Of a stretch of 64,000 bases of DNA, positions 1 through 12,160 are shown piece by piece; the first letter of the stretch is position 1; every line of letters starts with the position of its first letter. Made by a program: the position numbers and the translations under genes. The DNA is from Takakia lepidozioides (taxonomy: Eukaryota; Plantae; Bryophyta), in NCBI GenBank assembly GCA_030704615.1, contig CM060731.1:70060001-70124000 (forward strand), read 5' to 3'. The notes under the pieces were generated by a model. That model saw only the letters and a list, made by a program, of their open reading frames with translations, had not been told where the DNA came from and did no database searches.

Positions 1-1965
1 TTATTTTTCGTTTCTGTGGGGGTGATGCAAATCAACCTCGCGTTGACGCAACCTTGGTTTGAGAAATGAAAGCATCTTTTTTTTAAGACTGTTTTTTGCA
101 TTTTGTATGGTTGCTGACCCTATTGTTCTTCGTTTTGTTGTACACAATCACGGTTGAGTTAACGCAACTTTGATTATGCTATGGATTTCAATCGTCTCTT
201 TCGATAGAACAGAGTTTGATAGCGAGCTTGACCAGCTTACCTCGGGCTCAACATCAGCCCCCCGTACGATGGCAGTTCTCGAGGAGGCGGACGTTCCTGA
301 CGAAGATCTGGACGTGGACTCTGATTTTGAGTGTGAGTAAGTCGTATTTGTTGTCGTACGGTCGGGTAATGCATTCCCTTGCTTCTTTCCCAACCGTGAT
401 TCCAATGATTCCTTCAATTAGAAATCTCGCAATTGTGACTTCTGACACCATTCGGGTTGGTTCGTTTCAGAGTGCGGCACCAATCATCAGCGATATCCTT
501 CGGTTTTCAAGGATACAACTTGACTCCAAGTCCGCCCCGTGGTTTCCACTTGCCTGTTTACGTGGAGGCATGTGCACGTGTGTTATCCCAGCAATCAGTC
601 TGTTCTCCTAAGAGTGGCTCATTGATGATGTGGCGTGAGCCTGACTGGGCTCACGTGCTCACAGGCTCATACGGAAGTTTTCCCCGTCTTTTAGGAAGGA
701 AAAGGCTAAAGCCCAGCTCTCCTATGGTAGTATCATCTGATTTTTAGTTTCTCTTTCCTTGCTCGGTTGAGTATCGATTCTCAGTTGTTAGTTGTAGCTT
801 CTCGACTGTACTCTTTCTGCCTTTTGTCACAAAACAGTGTCTTCCTACATCAGCGTCTAAGAGTTTTCTAGGTTTCTTCTATAAATGTTCCCAGCTACTA
901 TGCCAACATATATAGATCCTGCAAACCGCTGGTGACATCAGCTTGTATATTGCAATGTTGTTACTAAAGAGCTGGTCATCATTACATCATAACTGGAAGT
1001 CGCTACAACATGTGAGGCGCAACATAGCCTAGGTTTCATTGCAATACCTCACATTCATATGTTATAACCAGCAGTTGCTTTGACAGTTCCACATATGTGT
1101 CTGCCCCATGACCAATTTGCATGCTAGTCTTTAACAAAGACCGCAGGGTCTCGTAGCTCACCAGTATTCTTTCTTGGCGGCCTGCTGGCTGCTGCACCCC
1201 ACCAATCGTTTCTTGTCAGGATAATCCTAGCTATCAGCTCCACAAAAATCCAAACTTTAAAAGAGAGACTAAGCGAAGACAACACCAAAGGTAATTGCAA
1301 AAGAATGCACCCTTTATTTCAACATTACCCACGACCTTCAACTATGGCGTAGATGAAGGAGGAGAGCCCGGAAAAATGGCGAGCAAACGCGGCGAAGGAA
1401 AACAGACACGGGCAGCAAACGATAGTTTAAAACTAAAACTTCGCGTTAACATTTGTTACTGTAACTTTTCAGTGTAGCAGCGATAATGTTAGTTGGAGCA
1501 GTTGTTAGGAAAACAGGCCTGCTAAGCCGTGCCGTTAGTAGGTGTTCTACACTATCAGCGCAGTCTGGCGGGGGCCAAGTAACATCTTTATTGGCTCCTC
1601 CCTAAGGATAGACCAGGCATTGATTGTTTTCTCCAGATGTACCTTCCCCAGTTAATACCTAGCCACCAAGATTGTACCTTCCCAAATAAATATCCATTTT
1701 CAGTATACTTCTAGATTCTCATCCCCTATCGCTTACCCATTCATCCATAACTTGGTGAGTGCTAAAATTTTATTATAATCTGTTCCCTTCAGATTTATCC
1801 ATGTAGTTCTATTATATTCACTTTTTCCAAGACACCTTCCTTCATGTAATATGATATACAAGGCCTCACCTTTTCTTTTATATATATATATTCACTTTCT
1901 CTAAGTTTTATCAAAGTGACTTCCATTATATTCAGTTCCTTTCAGTTTCACATTGAATTCCATTA

Positions 1966-2200
1966 GCAAGAGTTAGTAGCTTAGTTGGATAGTGCATTGC
2001 CACCAAGATGATTATGGGGTCAAATCTTGCTACCTTAATGGCTGTGGTATTTTCTCTCCCTTCCCTTGGGCAGTGTCCCATCCGAAAGCCTTCACGGTGA
2101 GGTTATTCTGAAAGAGGTTATTTTTCCTCTCACTAATTAAGGGGCCTGATCTGTCGCTCCCAAATGTTTCCCTTAAAAAAGGAAAAAAAAAGGGGAAAAA
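1966..2200 (+). mobile_element. tRNA-derived SINE
   Basis: A-box-like TAGCTTAGTTGG (~1977), B-box-like GGGGTCAAATC (~2016), 3' tail GGGGCCTGATCTGTCGCTCCCA...TTTCCCTT then A-rich run. Imperfect flanking repeat ATTCCATTA/AATCCATTA. Body aligns by eye with the split copy at 12977-13906. Confidence 0.75.
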
Positions 2201-3631
2201 AATCCATTACATTTAGTTCTCTTCAAATTTGTCCCTCCAATTCCATCATATTCAATTTTCTTTTTCCATATTTATTCCTGCATATAATTTATTATTATGA
2301 TTTTCTATTGAGGTGAAAATACAAAAAAAAATTATTCCAAATTTCATATTTATTTGTTAAATGTCATTTTTAGGGACAACTGTCAATGTTGACAATTTTA
2401 TTTTATGTTTGAAATATTTCTCAGGACCGCCAGCGCTAACCTTGTAGTTTGTAATTAGGGTAGAGCCATTTCTCGACTAGCCGCTTGTTTTAACCTCCCT
2501 TGGTCGCACTGACAAGTGAGATTTTTTTGGTTCATCTTTATCCTAAAGAGGAGACCATGCATCAATGTCAAAAATCACTAAGCACCCACTGTGCCTTCCC
2601 AAGGTGTCACCTCCTCTCCCCTACTTTTATTAGGTGCCTTCTCTAAGTAAAACTTCCCTCAAGTAACATCTCTACTATTGAACAACTTATGAAAAAAATT
2701 GGATGATATTTCAAGTTTACTATGGGTGAAAATAGATTCCACTATTCACAAGGAGCCATGCACAACTAGGCGGTTGTTTAATTATGTATGAAGGTCAAGG
2801 TGAGCAGGCAATTTCCCGCTGCATGCATCCCCAACAAAATGTTTCTGCACATAGCTGTCAAATATGTGTGATCATCCATAGGGTTGTAAGGTAACATTTT
2901 CACCCATTAATTATACACTTCAATCATCTGTAAAAATTCTTATCACTTACCAAAGAGAAGCCATTTCATGGCTGGCTGCTAGTTCAGTATGCAAGTCTTT
3001 GCCTTTGAACAAAGGTGACCATGGACATGTGATTATCAGAAGTGTCATCGCTGCACAAATACTATTGCCTGGTATATCTCTGTCAGTGGCTTCGAGATGG
3101 TGTAATGAATATTCCTGCACACAAGTTAAATTTATTTGGGTAACCTGCAAAAGCAAGATGCACAGTGGCCTGATCTGGTTCTCATCAGGTTATCAGTAAC
3201 TTGAGATGCCCCTGTTGGTTATTGGGCTGGGTATTAGTACATTTCTGTTACTCTCGGGTTCTCAGTACTGCAGGTTATTAGCTTGTTAGTACCCTTGGGG
3301 ATTATGTAGAGACCCGGATGGAGAACCTGGTTGATACCTGAGCCCAACCTCATCACATTTTCCATGGATGATGCGGGATTTGCAACCCGTGCATATCGCC
3401 CATCCTTCATCACAGGTTTGTTGAGCTGGCAATCCCACAGAAATTCCAGATCTACATTTTTGCCATCCAAGCTGCCAGGATGACTCAGGTGAAACCTTGC
3501 AACAACACAGGTTGCTGATCTAGAGGACTACTAAAGACAAATCACCTCGCAACATGCATCGAGTCTGCCTTATACAAGTTCAAGCAATATGCGAATGCTG
3601 TTGACTAAACCCTACCATATGCTGTTTGTTT

Positions 3632-3884
3632 TGCTCATTCTTCTCTAATTCAGCACTTGCTGCATCCTTTAGTCGGTCCCTTATAGCAGACGACTTTCCA
3701 GCAAAATCCACCGGTCGCACCTCTTGTCCATGGAGAAAAGTCTTGCAAGTAGGTTGGTTATGTGCATCATGGTTTGTGCAGATCTGCGACACCAACATGT
3801 CTCCTCTAACGCTATTGGGATGTCTCTTTGGAAGAACGAGCATGTGAAGGATGCAAGAAGTGCTGAATTAGAGAAGAATGAGCA
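3632..3884. repeat. 38-bp inverted repeat pair with 177-bp spacer
   Basis: 3632-3669 TGCTCATTCTTCTCTAATTCAGCACTTGCTGCATCCTT is the reverse complement of 3847-3884 with 2 mismatches. Confidence 0.9.
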
Positions 3885-4969
3885 CAAACAAGGATTTTGC
3901 TTTTGGGATGCAGAAAGTTATTGGGGCTTACAGAGATGACATAGCATGGGTCAAAGAGGAAGCGCTGTGTGACATCTCCGTTCTTAATGTCTTTGGAGGT
4001 GCTGCTACAAGAACGAACAGTTGAGGTTTTACAACAGCAGAATGTGATTGCAAATGCTCGACATGCCCTGTGCACTTTGCACAAAGTTCTGAAACAGCAA
4101 GAAGGACAACAGGGACATGGGCCATGTGCATTCCAGGAAGCTATTTGGGCAGTGGAGTACACACTCAAAGCTAGAGCGAAGCCATGAGTGCACTGCTGAG
4201 GTCAGGGAAGAGTTGAAAGCCTGCCAATGGCAAAGTGGGCTTACAGTGTACAAGCAGACATGCATACATCATAGTGGGGCCTAACTGAATGGAGAATATG
4301 GATAATCAGCAGCAGCAGTCCAGGGGTAGTAAGGAGAATGCAGAGGCTCTAATGATGTGCAAGAAGTACAGGGGGATAAGCGGAGTAGTATCAAACGGAT
4401 GACAAGGATAACAAGCCATCTTTTACCTTCGCAGCCAAAGCCGGGTTTGTAATCTCAATGTTGTCATGATCCAGTTGTCTGAAGCGAGGACTCCAGTGGC
4501 CATTTCTGCCACCGCCCTCTCCAAAATCAGGTATGTAGACACCTGAATGGAAACCTGTTGGAGGACGCAAACAGGTTCTGTAAGTATAGAACGCACTCCA
4601 TATCCAGAGAATGGCGAGAGAAGGAGTCCTACATACATAATCAGAGATAGCTGGGAACAGCCACGTGATCAGGGGTCAGCATATGAACGTTGTAATTTCC
4701 ATAGGGACCTCTTCATAGTGGAGTATGTGACATGAGGAACAGAAGAGGACGCTACAGGGGAAGGAATCCACAGAGGCAGCCCGTTTGGGGGGGGCAGTGA
4801 AGATGTGCGTGGCAGGTGGCTAGGAGGTCTGGGCGTGTTTACCAAGAACTCTGCAAATAGAAGGGCTGCGGCCAACTTACGTATATAGCAGCACTTGTAA
4901 CTGTTTACTCATACATAAAGTATCTCCTCACTTGAGTGCAACGGCCTGTAAGCTGTGTTTGATGATCAA

Positions 4970-6250
4970 GTCAAATTGGATTGTGGTTCTGTGAGAAGAG
5001 AAACTTCACTTTAGGACAAGAAATAGAACGGACTGGAGTGTTGAAGGAACCAGTTGGACAGAACAGGGAAGGAGAGGAATAGGGGACAACATAGATAGAG
5101 CACAGGTCACAAAACCATATAACATGATGACTGTTAAGCATGTCTCTTACACTGCGAGAGTCAGAGGTGGCTTTCACTCTCCTTCACAAATGCATAACAG
5201 ATGATGCCATCACTGGATCCTATTGGTAGCATGTCTTCATCTATCTGAACCATAATCCCATACTAAGAAACCTACCTTCTCAGCTGCAGTGAGCATGAAA
5301 AAAATAAATAGCCTGGTAATGGGCCTTAGGTGAAAGAAATAATTCCATACCTTCAATAAAGCATCTTCAGTTTGGATGTTGAACAAAGCAACTGCTGCAC
5401 ATATCAGCCCATTGAGCAACACAATTGTAAGATGGCCTACAAGCTCCTAATGCTATAGTTGGTAGTGTTAACATTATTGTCAATAAGAGAGCTGCCATGC
5501 TCCATCCTCTGTTCCCCATCCACTAAAATTGGGAGAGCAACCAAGTTCTCTTCCATCCCCCACAACTGGCACACCAGGATTTGTGCCAATCAGATGATAT
5601 TGCATGATGACTTACAGCAATAGGTGAGTAAAGATGGCAAGACCTGCAGTCCAGCATATGGCCCTAAGAATAGAGTAGCACCACTCCATCCTGCCATTAA
5701 CATACCGCTAGCACCTATCCTGCACCCATCCTCACTACTCCCAAACTCACCTGTGCATGCACGTTTGTTGTCACTAGCATTCACCAACTCATACACTCAC
5801 CTACTAGATGAGCTCTGGAGAGCCCCATGTTGTGCTTTTCTTAGAGATACTTTACGCAACATGTTTTAGAAGCTCATTAGCCTGCTCTGACTCTTGCACA
5901 GAGCCAACATGTTCCCAAAGTGAAGTAAGCCAGCACAGGTGGGTTGATAAGCAGAACTATGCCCAACACCACCGACAGGCGTTCATCAAACTATGATTTA
6001 GGATCCACCTACACAAACTGCAAACCATCAGTGTTGCCATCCGCATAATCTCCCCCATAGTCATGAAGTCTGCATGGCCATCATTTATGGCACTCATGAT
6101 AGAATACAACACACACTACTCACACCTGAACAGTCTCAAAGATGGAGACTCGGAGAACATCACCTTGTTGTGTTGTAAATTGCACATAAAGACTGTTCAT
6201 CACCACTGCCACAGACCATAACAGCTTAAGTCAATAAGCAAAAGACGCCA
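4970..6250 (-). pseudogene. Highly decayed coding remnant, possibly a CxC/KDZ-type transposase
   Basis: Broken minus-strand frames give CRLHDYGGDYADGNTDGLQF (~6020-6080) and GSSDGIICYAFVKESES..SVRDML..HVIWFCD (~5100-5230), loosely like KDZ-family motifs. Many stops. Confidence 0.25.
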
Positions 6251-7355
6251 TGTATTCAATGTTTTTGATGTAAGCAAACTACATAAGTCAGTCAAAGCCC
6301 CAAATCCCTTAGTTGCAAATACATCCATTCCCAGAGCTCAAGTGCCACTATTTAGTTGCTGGGCAAACAAACTATAAGCGATCTCCAGTGCTTTTTTGTG
6401 ATTTCTCTTATCATTCTACGTAGCATTCTCTGGCATTCATATAGGTTCCTTGTCTTTTGTACCCTCTCTCCTAAAGCTACATGCATAGAAACTTCATCTT
6501 CGAGATGTTGTTGATTACCTGCTGTTCAAATTTGAAAATTCCTTCTTCCTTTCAAGAGGCCCTTTGGGCCACTTGTTGATGTGGGAATTTTCCTTCTCTT
6601 CCAAGTGCTGGAGTCTAACTCCTGGTTTCTACTATCATATCAACACCAGCTCTAAGTAAGAACTCAATTTCCTATAACCAGATAGCTGCCGGTTGTGCAC
6701 CATCAGTCTGGCAAGATCAGATAGGGCAGTATCCTGTGGGTTATTACAGATGTATTACTAGCCCAAGGTCGACCATAGGAATAAACAATATCCTGCACAG
6801 GGTAAGGCCTCTCTGTCAGTGGAGGAATGTAAGCTCTCTTACTCTCGCTCTCTCTCTCTTTGGGACGATGGCCACAAGGCTACAGCAAACGCCTCAAACC
6901 CCGGTGGGTGTGAAGTGTGAACCCAACTGGCTCCGGGAGGGTTAGCTTCCCGCGGGGTCAGTGGCCATAAGGCTATTGCAAACCAACGTTCAGCATGAGT
7001 ACATTCTCTTTGAGACAGGACTGTGCAGTTCAACAAAAGCCACATCTCCAATCTGTGACATGTTCCGAGCTAGAGCAGCAGTGCAGGCACCCACAGTTTG
7101 CTTTCTAACATGATCTAAATTTACGGCAACAGTCAATGCCTGTAACCAGATTTCAATCGGGTATCAAAGAGCCTCTCGTAATTTCCAGTTTCCACCTCTG
7201 GTTTGTCGATCCCATCAGCAGCTGTGGGAGGGTTGATATACCATGGAGGAATGCCCTCAAGAGTGTGCGATAGCAAACATTCCCAGTGGACAGTGAATGC
7301 ACCAAGCAGCTGCATCACAGTGAAGCAAGATACATCTTACAAGAGTAATTTTGTT

Positions 7356-10300
7356 TCACCAGTACTCCCCACAAGAACAAACCCCATCTTGGAAGTGGTG
7401 AAAACGGTTGGCATCCCGTACAACTATTGCTCGCCCAACAATCTTTGAGATGAACTTGGTGGCAGTGTGGCAGTCACCACACACCCGAAGGTTCTTGATG
7501 ACATGGAGTGGCATCCCGGGGACCGTGCTGATGAGCCCAAAAGCAATGGCCAGCTTCTCACTGTGGAGGCAAAGATAGACTTCCTTTCGATCCTCCTCCA
7601 CATCATGCAAGATATAGCGCGTGTCAGGCACATACCCTGCCTCCTCCACCTTCCCAGACAATCTTCTCAGCTCAGCCTGAATTTCCTCAATTTGCGGATG
7701 CAATTTGTCATCTACCACAAATGTGTGCATCTGGTTGCTCACCTCAATGCAGGAGCGACCTGGCTCCTTTCTGACACCTCTGACCTTCATCTTCCTTCGT
7801 ACCTTTGCAGTATCGTCCCACCTGCCAGCTGCGGCATAGATATTTGATAGCAACACATAAGTTGCAGTGTCCTGTCGATCCCACTTGAGGATAAATTTTG
7901 CTGCACGTTCTGCCACCTCCACATTCCCATGAATTCTGCAGGCACCAAGCAAGGCCTTCCACACCACATCATTTGGTTTGATTGGAATTTTGTTAATAAA
8001 GTCCTCAGCCTCATCTAATCGTCCCGCACGGCCAAGAAGGTCCACCATGCACGCAAAGTGCTCCAGTGTAGGAGTGAGGCCATGATCTTGAATAAGGGAA
8101 TCAAAGTAGTGCCTGCCTTCATCCACTAGGCCCCCATGGCTACATGCAGAGAGAACACATATAAAGGTGATATTGTTCGGATCCAAGCCTTCTTTTTGCA
8201 TTCCCTCAACTAGTCGCAGGGCCTCTTTATGCCCACCATGCTGGGTATACCCGGCGATCAACGCATTCCATGAGACCACATCTCGTTCAGCCATATTGTC
8301 AAACACTCCCTTTGCATCCTGAATGCTTCCACATTTGGCATACATGTCCACGAGGCAATTATCCAGAATGATATCTGGTACAATTCCAGTTCTCATGATG
8401 GCAGCATGGACCTCTTTGCCCTTTCCCAGGGCTGCCAGGCTGGCACAAGCGTTGCACAAGCAAACAAACGTGACCTGGTCGGGCTTCATCTCTTCCTGCA
8501 TCATTTGCTCATATGTCTCCAAAGCATTAATCCCACACCCATTCTGGGCATATGCTGCAATCATCGCATTCCACGAGACCACATTACGCTTAGACATATT
8601 GTCGAACACTTCCTTTGCATCCTTGATGCTTCCGCATTTGGCATACATGTCCACAAGGGTTGTATCCAAGATGATATTTGGCACAATTCCAGCTTTCAGG
8701 ATGTCGGCGTGTGCCTCCTTACCTTTTTCCAGGTCTGCCAAGCTGGCACATGCAATGCAAACACAAGTGAACGTGACCTGGTCAGGCTTCACCCCTTCAC
8801 GAATCATTTGTGCATAGGTCTGCAAAGCCTCAATCCCACAGCCAGGCCGGGCATATCCTGTGATCATCACATTCCATGACACCACATCTCGTTCAGCCAT
8901 ATTGAAGAAAACTCCCTTTGCATCCTCGATGCTCCCGCATTTAGCATACATGTCCACCAGTGTATTCTCCAAGATGATATTTGGCACTATTCCAGCTTTC
9001 CTGATTTCAGCATGGACCTTTTTTCCCTTTTCCAGGTCTGTGAGGCTGGCACAGGCCTTTAGAACGCAAATGAAGGTGACCTGGTCGGGTGTCACCCCTT
9101 CACCCATCATTTGTTCATAGGTCTCCAAAGCCTCAATCCCACACCCATGCTGGGAAAATCCTGCAATCATCACATTCCATGTGACCACATTTCGTTCGGC
9201 CATACTGTCAAATACTACCTTTGCATCGTCGATCCTCCAGCATTTTGCATACATATCCACAAAGGCTGTGCCCAGAATGACATCCGGTACAATTCCAGCT
9301 CTCATGATGTCAGTATGGACCTTTTTGCCCTTTTCCAGGTCTGCTAGACTGGCACACGCCTTGAGAACACCAACAAACGTGGCCTGATTTGGTGTCACCC
9401 CTTCCTGCATCATTTGTTCATAGGTGTCCAAAGCGTCCATCCCACACCCATGCTGAGCATGTCCTGAGATCATCACATTCCATGACACCACATTTCGTTC
9501 AGCCATATTGTTGAATACTATCTTTGCATCTTCGACCCTCCCACATTTGGCATACATGTCCACAAGGGCAGTATCCAGAATGACATCTGGTCCAATTTCA
9601 GCTTTCATGATATCAGCATGGACTACTTTGCCCGTTTCCAGGGCTGTAAGACTAGCACATGCCTTGAGAATGCAAATGAACGTTACCTTGTTGGGCCGTA
9701 CGCCCTCCAGCATCATCTGCTCATAGGTCTCAAAGGCCTCCCTATAATATCCTTGCTTGGCATATCCTGCGATCATCGCATTCCATGACACGACATTTCG
9801 TTTAGCCATATTATTGAAAACTACATTGGCATCCTTGATGCTCCCGCATTTGGCATACATGTTAACAAGGGCAGTGTCCAAAATGACAGCTGGTCCAACT
9901 CCAGATTTCATGATGTCAGCATGGACCTCTTTGCCCTTTTCCAGGGCTGCCAGACTGGCACATGCCTTGAGAACCGAAATGAAGGTGACCTGGTTGGGCT
10001 TCACCCCTTCCCTCTTCATTTGTTCTTGGGCCTCCAAAGCCTCCATTCCACACCCATTCTGGGCATATCCTGCGATCATCACATTCCATGACACCACATT
10101 TCGTTCAGCCATATTGTCAAACACTCCCTTTGCATCCTCAATGCTCCCACATTTGGCATACATGTCCACAAGGGTATTGTCCAAGATAATATTTGGCACA
10201 ATTCCAGCTTTCACAAGTTCAGCATGGAGCTCTTTGCCCCTTTCCAGGGCTGCAATACTGGCACATGCATTGCAAGCACAAACAAACGTGACCTGGTTGG

Positions 10301-11759
10301 GGTTCACCCCTTCCAGCATCATTTGCTCATAGGTCTCCAAAGCCTCCATCCCGCACCCATGCTGGGCATATCCTGCTATCATCACATTCCATGACACCAC
10401 ATCTCGTGCATCCATGTTGTCAAACACTACCTTTGCATCGTTGATGCTCCCGCATTTGGCATACATGTCCACGAGGGTAGTGTCCAGGATGATATCTGGC
10501 ACAATTCCAGCTTTCATGATGTCAGCATGTACAACTCTGCCCTTTTCCAGGTCTGCCAGGCAGGCACATGCCTTGAGAACGGAAATGAAAGTCACCTGGT
10601 TGGGTTTCAACCCTTCCCCCATCATCTGCTCATAGGTCTCGAAGGCCTCCCTACAATACCCCTGTTTGGAATATCCTGCTATCATGATGTTCCATGTAAT
10701 TAAACTTCGTTCAGGCATTTTATCAAACACTAGGCGTGCATCCACAACGCTCCCACACTTGGCATGCATGTTGACAAGGGTGTTGCTTAGAAAGATGTCT
10801 GGCTTGAATCCACTTTGGATAATGTGGGCATGGACCTGCTTTCCCTCTGCTAGGCCTTGCATCTTGATGCACTGCTGCAAGAGACGGACGTAAGTTTTAG
10901 AGTCTGCCGAAACGCCTCCTTGGTGCAAAATCTGCAACTCCTCTCTCACTTGTCCTGCCTTAAATAGAGTCCTCACATCCCCACATCTTTCCAAAGAGGT
11001 GGTCATGGTTGAGGTGCCTGACTCATGCAACTGTGATGAAGGTGCGTTCAATTGCCCATTGACCCATGGCGGTTTCTTGTAGCTATCTATCCATAGCCCC
11101 TCGTTGGTACTCTTCTGCTTGAAATCTCGTCCTCTAGATTGGATCTTTCTGCCTCGATTGTCCCTGCATTGACTTTTGGTTGAGGAAAAATTCTTCCAAA
11201 GCTTCTCCTCGTCTGAATTTTCAAATTTTAGATATTTGACCCTAGCTGCATCCAGCTTCTCCAATGCACCTACCAGTAGATGTTTCTTGCAGCTATCCCC
11301 CTTGGTGCTCCTATTCTTGGCATCTGGTGCAATAGGATGGATCTTCCTCCCACGATCGTCGCGCACATGACTGGGATCTACATAATTTTCCTTCGAAAGT
11401 TTGTCCCCTGGATTTCGGCTTTCTGGATATTGGAGTATGTTGCCCCCTTCCTCATCCCTCTGTCCATGAAATTGGTCCTCCACTGCTGGTTTCAACTGCC
11501 CCAAAATCGGCTGGAATCTGTTTGGAGAAAATCTCAATGCAATGCGGTTCAGAAAATGCAAAGGAATCCCGTACAGAGTGTACAGCCAACACATTTTGGA
11601 CGTTTTAAAAACAAGGCCAATGTCGGAAGCAGCGTGAACTCGGGGAGGTTTGTGAGGGCACCCCGAGGTGCCATTGAAGCATCTGGAGGATTCCAAGCGT
11701 GAAATGCTTATTATTGTACTCGCTGCCATGACTGCCCCTTCTGGAACGCCTGCTGCCAT
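7356..11759 (-). CDS. PLS-class pentatricopeptide repeat protein with E1/E2 and DYW deaminase domain (organellar C-to-U RNA editing factor)
   Basis: Uninterrupted 1467-aa ORF. ~29 PPR motifs in 101-aa P-L-S triplets (VVSWN.., QVTF.., DMYAKCG), then P2-L2-S2 and E motifs, PG box (EPGRSCIEV), HSEKLA...KNLRVCGDCH zinc/catalytic motif, terminal CSCGEYW. ~270-aa N-terminal extension. Confidence 0.97.
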   Translation of the reverse strand: MAAGVPEGAVMAASTIISISRLESSRCFNGTSGCPHKPPRVHAASDIGLVFKTSKMCWLYTLYGIPLHFLNRIALRFSPNRFQPILGQLKPAVEDQFHGQRDEEGGNILQYPESRNPGDKLSKENYVDPSHVRDDRGRKIHPIAPDAKNRSTKGDSCKKHLLVGALEKLDAARVKYLKFENSDEEKLWKNFSSTKSQCRDNRGRKIQSRGRDFKQKSTNEGLWIDSYKKPPWVNGQLNAPSSQLHESGTSTMTTSLERCGDVRTLFKAGQVREELQILHQGGVSADSKTYVRLLQQCIKMQGLAEGKQVHAHIIQSGFKPDIFLSNTLVNMHAKCGSVVDARLVFDKMPERSLITWNIMIAGYSKQGYCREAFETYEQMMGEGLKPNQVTFISVLKACACLADLEKGRVVHADIMKAGIVPDIILDTTLVDMYAKCGSINDAKVVFDNMDARDVVSWNVMIAGYAQHGCGMEALETYEQMMLEGVNPNQVTFVCACNACASIAALERGKELHAELVKAGIVPNIILDNTLVDMYAKCGSIEDAKGVFDNMAERNVVSWNVMIAGYAQNGCGMEALEAQEQMKREGVKPNQVTFISVLKACASLAALEKGKEVHADIMKSGVGPAVILDTALVNMYAKCGSIKDANVVFNNMAKRNVVSWNAMIAGYAKQGYYREAFETYEQMMLEGVRPNKVTFICILKACASLTALETGKVVHADIMKAEIGPDVILDTALVDMYAKCGRVEDAKIVFNNMAERNVVSWNVMISGHAQHGCGMDALDTYEQMMQEGVTPNQATFVGVLKACASLADLEKGKKVHTDIMRAGIVPDVILGTAFVDMYAKCWRIDDAKVVFDSMAERNVVTWNVMIAGFSQHGCGIEALETYEQMMGEGVTPDQVTFICVLKACASLTDLEKGKKVHAEIRKAGIVPNIILENTLVDMYAKCGSIEDAKGVFFNMAERDVVSWNVMITGYARPGCGIEALQTYAQMIREGVKPDQVTFTCVCIACASLADLEKGKEAHADILKAGIVPNIILDTTLVDMYAKCGSIKDAKEVFDNMSKRNVVSWNAMIAAYAQNGCGINALETYEQMMQEEMKPDQVTFVCLCNACASLAALGKGKEVHAAIMRTGIVPDIILDNCLVDMYAKCGSIQDAKGVFDNMAERDVVSWNALIAGYTQHGGHKEALRLVEGMQKEGLDPNNITFICVLSACSHGGLVDEGRHYFDSLIQDHGLTPTLEHFACMVDLLGRAGRLDEAEDFINKIPIKPNDVVWKALLGACRIHGNVEVAERAAKFILKWDRQDTATYVLLSNIYAAAGRWDDTAKVRRKMKVRGVRKEPGRSCIEVSNQMHTFVVDDKLHPQIEEIQAELRRLSGKVEEAGYVPDTRYILHDVEEDRKEVYLCLHSEKLAIAFGLISTVPGMPLHVIKNLRVCGDCHTATKFISKIVGRAIVVRDANRFHHFQDGVCSCGEYW

Positions 11760-11927
11760 GGCTGCTCGCTCTCGAACATTTTCAACCTGCGCTGCGCCCT
11801 TCTGATGTATAGGTTTAAAGCTGTTCCACCCAGCCGGTCTAGGTCGGATCTGCTTACAATCGAACGATGGTTCCTATCCAATCCCTCACACTGAACTAGC
11901 TCCGACTCAAGTCCCTGGATTAACCAA

Positions 11928-11930
<3 letters not shown>

Positions 11931-11969
<39 letters not shown>
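11931..11969. repeat. (CT)n/(GA)n microsatellite in the 5' region of the PPR gene
   Basis: About 19 perfect CT units, ~170 bp upstream of the PPR ATG. Confidence 0.95.
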
Positions 11970-11977
<8 letters not shown>

Positions 11978-12034
11978 AAATGACGCACTTCCGTCGACAA
12001 GGAGCTGCTAGTGCTGAAGCAAGAAGGTGGGTAA

Positions 12035-12160
12035 GTTAGGCCCACGTCCCAACAGCAGACATTGCAACTCTCTCCTCTGGGAAACTTGGGGTGAGGGCCT
12101 CTCAAAATTAACGGACAGTTGGTTTGGCCCTCACCCCACTATTGATCGTAAACCCTAAAC
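12035..12160. promoter_or_regulatory. Putative PPR gene promoter elements (site II-like GGCCCA, 13-bp inverted repeat, telo-box)
   Basis: GGCCCA at ~12039. TGGGGTGAGGGCC (12087-12099) pairs with GGCCCTCACCCCA (12126-12138). AAACCCTAAA at 12150-12159. Motif presence only. Confidence 0.3.

Noticed and set aside
1-1480. Gene or CACTG-type transposon end at the window start
   Set aside because: There is an acidic exon-like stretch and a CAGTG at ~1470, but no recognisable domain and no partner end in the window.
8323-11702. Plus-strand ORFs overlapping the PPR gene
   Set aside because: Antisense shadows of the repetitive PPR frame.
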